In this document: one piece after another, positions 1-8,294 of the stretch | How the letters are laid out: every line of letters starts with the position of its first letter | Position numbering within the stretch: position 1 is the first letter of the stretch | Assembly: GCA_020349685.1 (NCBI GenBank) | Contig: CP070698.1 | Location: 757,250-768,862, forward strand | DNA: 11,613 nucleotides | Direction of reading: 5' to 3' | Origin: a bacterium | GTDB taxonomy: Bacteria > BMS3Abin14 | The notes under the pieces: generated by a model | What the model saw: only the letters and a program-made list of their open reading frames with translations | Databases searched by the model: none | What the model was told of the DNA's origin: nothing | Translations under genes and position numbers: made by a program

Positions 1-1
1 G

Positions 2-67
2 GATGGTTTAGTTGGAGAACACGCTTGTGTACATGAAATGATCCGGTTCGTCAAGGAGGAACAGTGA
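2..67 (+). CDS. possible 3' end of an upstream gene (partial, ...DGLVGEHACVHEMIRFVKEEQ*)
   Basis: Frame is open from the window edge to TGA 65-67. The stop lies inside a heptamer array, as for other genes here. Too short to assign. Confidence 0.35.
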   Translation, partial: DGLVGEHACVHEMIRFVKEEQ

Positions 68-91
68 TTTGTAATCCGTGATCCGTGATTG
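64..91 (+). repeat. heptamer tandem array GTGATCC x4 (degenerate)
   Basis: gtgattt gtaatcc gtgatcc gtgattg. Confidence 0.7.
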
Positions 92-122
92 GAAAAACAG
101 AAGACTGCCATCCAGACATTCG

Positions 123-151
123 ATTAAACGTTAAACCTAAAATTCCAAAAT
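123..151 (+). repeat. degenerate heptamer array (TAAAC/TAAAAT type)
   Basis: attaaac gttaaac ctaaaat tccaaaa; shares ctaaaattcYaaaa with 3789-3802. Confidence 0.5.
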
Positions 152-195
152 CGAGGTGCTCCGGCGCCGAGAGTCCATTCGTCCTCTAGACATCG

Positions 196-237
196 ACCCG
201 AAAAAAAGCCCGGCTTTGCCGGGTCTCTTTTTCGGGT
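196..237 (-). terminator. intrinsic terminator of selC, possibly bidirectional
   Basis: Stem cccggc(209-214)/gccggg(218-223); outer arms acccgaaaaa(196-205)/tttttcgggt(228-237); U7 tract on the minus strand, immediately 3' of the tRNA CCA. Confidence 0.85.
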
Positions 238-335
238 TGGCGGAAGTGCATGGGAATCGAACCCACCGTACCGGGTTTTAGCCAGTACCACTGGATTTGA
301 AGTCCAGGAGGGCCACCAGTGCCCTGCGCACTTCC
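238..335 (-). tRNA. selC: tRNA-Sec (anticodon UCA)
   Basis: 8-bp acceptor stem GGAAGUGC/GCACUUCC; anticodon arm CUGGA-CUUCAAA-UCCAG (UCA at 298-300); long variable arm GUACUGG/CCGGUAC; 5-bp T stem with UUCGAUU loop; G discriminator and encoded CCA. This is the canonical bacterial 8/5 tRNA-Sec fold. Confidence 0.97.
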
Positions 336-342
336 AAGGGGA

Positions 343-371
343 AGGTTATCGGCCGCTGGAGCCAGTGTCAA
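343..371 (-). promoter_or_regulatory. sigma70-type promoter of selC
   Basis: TTGACA (371-366) - 17 nt - TAACCT (348-343), ending 7 nt upstream of the mature tRNA 5' end. Confidence 0.75.
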
Positions 372-390
372 GGGTCGGTTGCATGTCTGC

Positions 391-452
391 AGAATGGAAA
401 TTGGAGAATAAAGTCATCTGCAATTTCCATTTTCTATTCTCTATTCTCCATT
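391..452. repeat. inverted pair of heptamer arrays (GAGAATA / TATTCTC type)
   Basis: agaatgg aaattgg agaataa ... caatttc cattttc tattctc tattctc; perfect 11-bp inverted repeat aatggaaattg(393-403)/caatttccatt(421-431). Confidence 0.7.
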
Positions 453-470
453 AGCGCTTAAAAAGCGCGC

Positions 471-513
471 TTGACATCCAAACCGTTAAGTGTTAATCGA
501 AACTTAACAGTTT
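471..513 (+). promoter_or_regulatory. putative promoter with overlapping palindromic operator upstream of the small ORF
   Basis: TTGACA at 471-476, but the -10 region is ambiguous; inverted repeat aaaccgttaagt(480-491)-N10-acttaacagttt(502-513), 11/12 match. Confidence 0.45.
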
Positions 514-626
514 TCTGGTATTACTTTTAAGTTCAACCGTTTGCGCCCCTTTCATTCAAATCTTTTGAACAAGATGCTGCGCGGTGGAGTTCGTGCAAAG
601 AGGGGTCGCCGGAGGTGGAGGTGGTC

Positions 627-749
627 ATGTCCCCGGATGTGCTGCTGGAGATGGTGTACCGGATGATCGACAACTGCTTTGCCAGGGGCATGGAGCTCTC
701 CGAAGTGCTCGTGGAGATCGAGGATTATATCGCGTCTTTCGAAAACTGA
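627..749 (+). CDS. small acidic hypothetical protein, 40 aa (MSPDVLLEMVYRMIDNCFARGMELSEVLVEIEDYIASFEN)
   Basis: Tandem GGAGGT SD (611-616, 617-622) before ATG 627; 33/40 codons end in G/C, like the neighbouring genes; amphipathic helical pattern; promoter upstream and hairpin at the stop. Confidence 0.7.
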   Translation: MSPDVLLEMVYRMIDNCFARGMELSEVLVEIEDYIASFEN

Positions 750-775
750 TGCCGGTTTCGGCATCAGGTTTCGAA
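738..775. terminator. strong hairpin, likely terminator between the converging small ORF and uvrA
   Basis: ttcgaaa-a-ctgatgccg gttt cggcatcag-g-tttcgaa (16 of 17 stem positions pair); short U tracts on both strands. Confidence 0.6.
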
Positions 776-873
776 TCTCAAATCCCATATCTCAGATCTC
801 AAAGGCAACCCGCAGGTGAAGGCATTTTCCTTTCCTTCATTGAGATCCTAATTCTGAGATCTGAGATCTGAGA

Positions 874-875
<2 letters not shown>
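774..875. repeat. inverted pair of heptamer arrays GATCTCA / TGAGATC
   Basis: aatctca aatccca tatctca gatctca (774-801) ... tgagatc ctaattc tgagatc tgagatc tgagatc (841-875); overlaps the uvrA stop codon. Confidence 0.85.
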
Positions 876-3693
<2,818 letters not shown>

Positions 3694-3699
3694 GAAACC

Positions 3700-3997
3700 A
3701 ATCTCAAATCTCAGATCTCAAATCTCAAAACGACTTGTGAACCGTGAACGGTGAAAATGAACCGCATTCATTATTCAGCGATGGACAACTAAAATTCTAA
3801 AACTTCAAACTTTAAACTCGCTGGTGCAAACGCGGAATCGGTAATCTGCAACCATATCACGCGGTGTCAAGAGGGGGAAGAAAAATAGGGAAAGGGGAAA
3901 GGGGAAAGGGACAAAGCAGTGCGTGGTGCGAGGTGCGAAGTGCTAAGAAAAACCGCCTGACGCGGAGACACGGTGACACGGTGACACGGGGAAAAGG
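3700..3997 (+). repeat. stack of six different 7/8-nt tandem arrays
   Basis: (RATCTCA)4 3700-3727; (GTGAACN)~4 3737-3764; (YTNAAAC)~4 3789-3817; (GGGGAAA)~4 3887-3915; (GTGCGNN)4 3919-3946; (WGACRCGG)4 3958-3989. Confidence 0.85.
3843..3870 (-). promoter_or_regulatory. possible sigma70 promoter for uvrA
   Basis: TTGACA (3870-3865) - 16 nt - CAGATT (3848-3843), in the non-repetitive gap between arrays; the -10 is weak. Confidence 0.4.
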
Positions 3998-4034
3998 CTA
4001 AATAATCAACAGGTGACTGAGCGAAAAGAGAAAA

Positions 4035-4236
4035 GGTGGGTCTTGAGAACTGTTTTACGAAGAGGCCCATCCCAAGCCCAGAGAAAATGCCTGAAAAAAC
4101 ATTTACAAAGATAGTCCCACCGATGCTGGTGCCCACTTAAAACCAGGAGAAAAATCCCATGAAAATAACGAAAGATATTCCCGTGGTCAGGAACAACGGC
4201 CGAAATTCCGGGTATTTTTAGATTGAACTCCTCCAT
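4035..4236 (-). pseudogene. disrupted remnant of a small membrane protein gene
   Basis: One frame reads *KYPEFRPLFLTTGISFVIFMGFFSWF*VGTSIGGTIFVNVFSGIFSGLGMGLFVKQFSRPT: two Gly/Phe-rich TM-like helices split by TAA 4139-4137. The candidate ATG at 4236 is in another frame. AT-rich relative to the flanking genes. Confidence 0.45.
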
Positions 4237-4380
4237 ATGTTGATTGAGGATATATCTTGATGAAATAATGTTTAAATACTTTGATGCTGCTGTCGATCAT
4301 AACTCAAGATCGGAAGTATTCTTCACCCTTGGCAGGGCTTTTGATTCAATACGTGTATTACCCTTTTATTATATCCCTGG

Positions 4381-4450
4381 CCCTGTGTTACCCTGTGGAG
4401 CGACCTGCATGAGGTCTTACTGTGGTGAGCAAGTTTTTGACCTTTTCTGA
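4381..4450 (-). repeat. copy 1 of a ~70-nt dispersed element (ACCACAGT-hairpin-CTCCACAGGG)
   Basis: Reverse complement aligns to 5510-5580 at 52/71 positions by hand alignment. Confidence 0.75.
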
Positions 4451-4475
4451 GATCTGAGACCTGAGATATGAGATT
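4448..4475 (+). repeat. heptamer array TGAGAYN x4
   Basis: tgagatc tgagacc tgagata tgagatt, ending 3 nt before ATG 4479; inverted relative to 3700-3727. Confidence 0.85.
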
Positions 4476-4478
4476 CGT

Positions 4479-5459
4479 ATGACCGCTCTCCTCCAGATAC
4501 GCGACCTCACCACCGCTTTCCCCGGGGAGTCCGGCCTCCTCAGGGCGGTGGATGGCGTGTCCTTCGATCTTCGGAGAGGGGAGGTGCTGTGCCTCGTGGG
4601 GGAGTCGGGCTGCGGGAAGAGCATGACGGCCCTGAGCATTCTCGGCCTGGTCCCGCCGCCGGGGCGCATCGTCGGAGGGGAGGTCATCTTCGACGGCCGG
4701 GACCTGTTGAAGATGGACCCGGAGGAGATCAGGCTCCTGAGGGGAAACCGCATAGCCATGGTTTTTCAGGAGCCCATGTCCGCTTTGAACCCGGTCTTCA
4801 CCCTCGGCGATCAGGTGTCGGAGGTTCTCAGGATTCACAGGGGCATGGACCGGGAGCAGGCTTACGGGAAGGCTGTCGAGCTCCTGGGACGCGTGGGGAT
4901 CCCCGATCCCGAGCGGCGCGTCGGCGAGTATCCGCACCAGATGTCCGGGGGAATGCAGCAGAGGGCCCTCATTGCCATGGCCATGGCCTGCGAGCCGGAA
5001 CTCCTCATCGCCGACGAGCCCACCACGGCCCTGGACGTGACGGTCCAGGCCCAGATCCTCAGGCTCATGGAACGACTCATCAGTGAAAAGGAGCGGGCGC
5101 TCCTCCTCATCACCCATGACCTGGGGGTCGTCGCGGAGGTGGCGGACCGCGTCTGCATCATGTACGCGGGCGTCATCGTCGAGGTCAGCCCGGTCAGGCC
5201 TCTCTTCGCCGACCCCTGGCACCCCTACACCATGGGGTTGATGGCCTCGCTGCCGTCGCCGGGCGACAGAACGTATCGCCCCATACCCGGGTCTGTGCCC
5301 GACCTGGCCGCCATGCCTTCCGGCTGCCGGTTCCACCCCCGCTGCTCCCGCGCCCGGGATGTGTGCCGGGAGAGGGAACCCGAACTTGAAGCGAGGGGGG
5401 AAAGGGCCGTGAGGTGCTATTTTCCGGGGGAGGGGGAAACCGACACGGAGACGCGGTGA
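4479..5459 (+). CDS. oppD: oligopeptide/dipeptide ABC transporter ATP-binding protein, OppD/DppD type, 326 aa
   Basis: GESGCGKS; MVFQEPMSALNPV; YPHQMSGGMQQR; LLIADEPTTALD; HPYT; C-terminal GCRFHPRC-x6-C...C domain. Confidence 0.92.
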   Translation: MTALLQIRDLTTAFPGESGLLRAVDGVSFDLRRGEVLCLVGESGCGKSMTALSILGLVPPPGRIVGGEVIFDGRDLLKMDPEEIRLLRGNRIAMVFQEPMSALNPVFTLGDQVSEVLRIHRGMDREQAYGKAVELLGRVGIPDPERRVGEYPHQMSGGMQQRALIAMAMACEPELLIADEPTTALDVTVQAQILRLMERLISEKERALLLITHDLGVVAEVADRVCIMYAGVIVEVSPVRPLFADPWHPYTMGLMASLPSPGDRTYRPIPGSVPDLAAMPSGCRFHPRCSRARDVCREREPELEARGERAVRCYFPGEGETDTETR

Positions 5460-5478
5460 CGCGGAGACACGGGGAAAA
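5441..5478 (+). repeat. octamer array NGACRCGG x4
   Basis: cgacacgg agacgcgg tgacgcgg agacacgg; the 16-mer tgacgcggagacacgg is identical to 3958-3973; supplies the last codons and TGA of oppD. Confidence 0.85.
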
Positions 5479-5509
5479 ATGCGTACCGGACTGTCGGGGT
5501 AACGGTGTG

Positions 5510-5648
5510 TCAGGGAAAGATCAAAAGCTGACTAACCACAGTGCGGCCAGCTTGAGGCCGCTCCACAGGGTGACACGGAGGAAATACAATATCTTAAGAG
5601 TTTGGTTAAAATTTTATTTACCCTGTGAAACCCTGTGTACCCTGTGGT
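5510..5648 (+). repeat. copy 2 of the ~70-nt element (5510-5580) plus inverted CCCTGTG arm (5621-5648)
   Basis: accacagt-gcggcc agcttga ggccgc-tccacagggtgacacggag, AT-rich spacer, then ccctgtgaaa ccctgtgta ccctgtggt. Confidence 0.75.
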
Positions 5649-5678
5649 GAATTGTATTTTGGATCTTGGATACCAAAC

Positions 5679-6680
5679 ATGACTGATAATCCTACTCATA
5701 CCGCTACTGCTGCTTCCACCGACCTTCTCCTCCAGCTCCGCGACCTTTCCAAGACCTTCCCGGTCAAGGGCGGTGTGCTGGGCCGGGCCGTCGGTGGTGT
5801 TCGGGCCGTGGACCGGGTTTCCCTTGAGATCCGCAGGGATGAGGTGTTCGGCCTCGTTGGCGAGTCCGGGTGCGGCAAGACGACCCTGGGCCGCATGATC
5901 CTGAGGCTGATCGAGCCGACCGGCGGTCGGATCTTTTTTGACGGCACGGACATCACCGGCCTGGACAGGGGCCGGATGCGGGCTTTCAGAAAGCGCATGC
6001 AGATCATCTTCCAGGATCCCTTCGGATCCCTCAATCCGAGAAAGACGGTCGATTTCATCGTGGGTGAACCCCTGCGCATAGACGGCCAGGAGGGGGCCAA
6101 GGTGAGGGAAAAGGTCAGGGAGATGATCCAGCTTGTGGGGTTGTCCGCCGACAGCCCGGGCCGCTACCCCCACGAATTCTCTGGAGGACAGCGGCAGAGG
6201 ATCGGGATCGCCAGGGCGCTCATCCTGCACCCGGAGTTCCTCGTCGCCGACGAGCCCGTTTCGGCCCTGGACGTTTCCATCCAGGCGCAGATCCTGAACC
6301 TGCTCATGGACCTGAGGGAACGCTTGTCCCTGACGATGCTCTTCATCTCCCACGACCTGAGGGTCGTCCGCAGCATCTGTGACCGGGTGGCGGTCATGTA
6401 CCTGGGACGTGTGGTGGAGGAGGGCAGGGTGGAGGATCTTTATCAGCGGCCGGTCCACCCCTACACCGAGGAGCTCATAAGAGCTATACCCGAACCGGAC
6501 CCTGAGCTGGCCATCCGGGGAGGGGGCCTGGCGGGGGAGGTCCCGAGTCCCATTAACCCGCCGCCTGGATGCGCCTTTCATCCCCGCTGCCCCCTGGCAA
6601 GGGAGATCTGCCAGCAGCAGACGCCCGAACTCACCCCCCGGCAGGGCGAGGGACACCGGGCGGCGTGCCACATAAGATAG
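5679..6680 (+). CDS. oppF: oligopeptide/dipeptide ABC transporter ATP-binding protein, OppF/DppF type, 333 aa
   Basis: GESGCGKT; [15 protein letters not shown]; [19 protein letters not shown]; [14 protein letters not shown]; [19 protein letters not shown] 5679 is preferred because GTG 5625 lies inside a repeat. Confidence 0.92.
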   Translation: MTDNPTHTATAASTDLLLQLRDLSKTFPVKGGVLGRAVGGVRAVDRVSLEIRRDEVFGLVGESGCGKTTLGRMILRLIEPTGGRIFFDGTDITGLDRGRMRAFRKRMQIIFQDPFGSLNPRKTVDFIVGEPLRIDGQEGAKVREKVREMIQLVGLSADSPGRYPHEFSGGQRQRIGIARALILHPEFLVADEPVSALDVSIQAQILNLLMDLRERLSLTMLFISHDLRVVRSICDRVAVMYLGRVVEEGRVEDLYQRPVHPYTEELIRAIPEPDPELAIRGGGLAGEVPSPINPPPGCAFHPRCPLAREICQQQTPELTPRQGEGHRAACHIR

Positions 6681-6760
6681 TGTCTGGTTCTAGTACCTGG
6701 TGTCTGGCGAAATGAAAAACAAAATACAAGAACTAGAAACTAGAACTAGAAACTAGAACC
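6678..6760. repeat. inverted pair of 6-7-nt arrays (TAGTGTC / CTAGAAA type) filling the oppF-hemW gap
   Basis: tagtgtc tggttc tagtacc tggtgtc ... ctagaaa ctagaa ctagaaa ctagaac; ggttctagt(6686-6694) is complementary to actagaacc(6752-6760). Confidence 0.8.
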
Positions 6761-6766
6761 GCAAAT

Positions 6767-7870
6767 ATGACCGCCTTTTCCATATATTTGCATATCCCCT
6801 TCTGCACCCGCCTGTGCCCTTACTGCCACTTCTACAAAGTCCCCGAGGTGCCGGATTGGAAGGTCTATCTTGACGCTGTGATCGGCGAGTTGGACGCCAT
6901 GGTGAATCCAGCGGGCGGCAGCGTCACCACCCTTTATGTCGGCGGAGGCACCCCAACCCTCATGCCGCCTGAGTTCTACGGGTCCCTTTTAGCGGCGCTT
7001 GACGACCGCCTCGGTCTGACGCAACTCGCCGAGGCGACCATCGAGACAGACGGCGGCATCGCCGGCGATAAGCTGGAGGGGTACACCCGGGCGGGTTTCG
7101 ACAGGGTCAGCGTCGGCGTGAAATCCTTCGATTCCAGAATGAGGGAGATCCTGGGAGCGGGACAGTTAACGGATCCGGACCCCGTGGCAACCGCGCGGTC
7201 GGCCGGTTTTTCCTCCGTGAGTCTGGACCTTGTTTACGGTTTCGAAGGGCAGGGGATGGATGACCTGATCACTGATCTCATGCGCGCCGTCCTTCTGGAT
7301 CCGGACCATGTCAGCCTTTACGCCCTGGAGGAGGCGGAGACCGGGAGGCCGAGGGAAGGCGAGCCGGATCTTGCCGCCGCAATGTTCAGGGAGTCCGCCC
7401 GCACCCTTCTCGCCGCAGGCTACCATCAGTACGAGATCACCAACTTCGCCCGATCCGGACACGAGAGCCTGCACAACACCGTATACTGGGAGGACGGTGA
7501 TTTCATCGGCCTCGGGCCCTCGGCCCACAGCGCGGTGACGGCGGACGGCACCAGGGTCCGCTGGATGAACCGGCCGGATATTAGTGCCTACCTCGGCGAC
7601 CCGGAGTCATGCCGCGAGGAGCTCTCCCGGGAGATCGGCCCCGACAGGGCAAAGGAGGCCCTCATCCTGGCCCTGCGCATGACGAAGGGCGTGCACAGGC
7701 CGACCTTCGCCCTCAGGTACGGCTGCGACCCCCTGGAGCTGTTAAAGCCCCACCTGGCAGAACTCACCGAGCTGGGACTGATCAGGTACAGCGCCGGGAG
7801 AGTGCGCCTGACGACGAGGGGGATGCTGTTGAGCAATGAAGTGTTTGTGAGGATATTGGGAGATCGTTAA
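6767..7870 (+). CDS. hemW: radical SAM family heme chaperone HemW (HemN-like), divergent, 367 aa
   Basis: YLHIPFCTRLCPYCHF (CxxxCxxC); YVGGGTP; YEITNFA; HNTVYW (HNxxYW); GLGPSAHS; no HemN N-terminal extension; classical position upstream of hrcA. Confidence 0.85.
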   Translation: MTAFSIYLHIPFCTRLCPYCHFYKVPEVPDWKVYLDAVIGELDAMVNPAGGSVTTLYVGGGTPTLMPPEFYGSLLAALDDRLGLTQLAEATIETDGGIAGDKLEGYTRAGFDRVSVGVKSFDSRMREILGAGQLTDPDPVATARSAGFSSVSLDLVYGFEGQGMDDLITDLMRAVLLDPDHVSLYALEEAETGRPREGEPDLAAAMFRESARTLLAAGYHQYEITNFARSGHESLHNTVYWEDGDFIGLGPSAHSAVTADGTRVRWMNRPDISAYLGDPESCREELSREIGPDRAKEALILALRMTKGVHRPTFALRYGCDPLELLKPHLAELTELGLIRYSAGRVRLTTRGMLLSNEVFVRILGDR

Positions 7871-7873
7871 AAT

Positions 7874-8161
7874 AAAGTACCCAGTACCCAGTACTCAGTA
7901 TGTATGGTCAGGTCCATCAAAAGAGGTAATGAGAGGTGCCGGGCAGGCAGAAATACAGAGAATAATTCTTGAAACAAGAAAACCTTAAAGATCATAAATA
8001 GTTGAAATGAACCTGGTAATACGGGTTGATAATAAGGCGTGACGATTTCAGCCTTCCTGGTAATAACCAGAAATATCCCCATGGAGTAACTTTCCTCCGT
8101 GACCTTTATTTTTACGGCTACAAGAAGCTTTTCTCCTGGATACTGGGTACTTGGGTACTTT
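7874..8161. repeat. MITE-like cassette bounded by inverted heptamer arrays AGTACCC / GGGTACT
   Basis: Left end aaagtaccca-gtacccagtactcag (7874-7898); reverse complement of right end (8136-8161) aaagtacccaagtacccagtatccag; AT-rich interior. Confidence 0.7.
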
Positions 8162-8181
8162 GAGAGCAAACGCACTCCCCC

Positions 8182-8210
8182 TTGCCCAATAGCGTTTCTC
8201 TGGTTATCTT
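8182..8210 (+). promoter_or_regulatory. putative sigma70 promoter for hrcA-grpE-dnaJ
   Basis: TTGCCC (8182-8187) - 17 nt - TATCTT (8205-8210). Confidence 0.5.
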
Positions 8211-8294
8211 ACAGGCCAGGATCGGTCCCGCCTCGAAAGATCCTTCGGGGCGACGAGACCGGTGGGCATATTGCGCGTTTTTCAGGAGAAGCCT

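Noticed and set aside
1-237. selC-integrated genomic island
   Set aside because: No integrase and no duplicated tRNA 3' end in the window; cannot be excluded beyond the edge.
186-371. 61-aa ORF in the track
   Set aside because: It overlaps tRNA-Sec, its promoter and its terminator.
493-508. TTAA-N7-TTAAC, an exact CtrA-box pattern
   Set aside because: CtrA is alphaproteobacterial and nothing here points to that class; the larger palindrome explains the pattern.
747-850. Sec read-through of the small ORF (UGA-UGC followed by a hairpin, next to selC)
   Set aside because: The loop is only 5 nt after the UGA, too close for a bacterial SECIS, and the extension would be repeat-derived sequence.
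552-871. ORFs 552-788 (-) and 584-871 (+)
   Set aside because: They run through repeats and lack a good SD; the 627-749 frame has better SD and codon bias.
3737-3777. LexA box upstream of uvrA (GAAC-containing repeats)
   Set aside because: No match to GAAC-N4-GTTC, CTGT-N8-ACAG or GTTC-N7-GTTC; explained by the GTGAACN array.
3938-3946. CIRCE-like half site AAGTGCTAA
   Set aside because: No partner half site; it is part of the GTGCGNN array.
3700-3997. CRISPR array
   Set aside because: No constant 23-47 nt repeat with unique spacers, and no cas genes.
4244-4450. 68-aa ORF on +
   Set aside because: No SD or recognisable motif, and its 3' third is the 70-nt repeat element.
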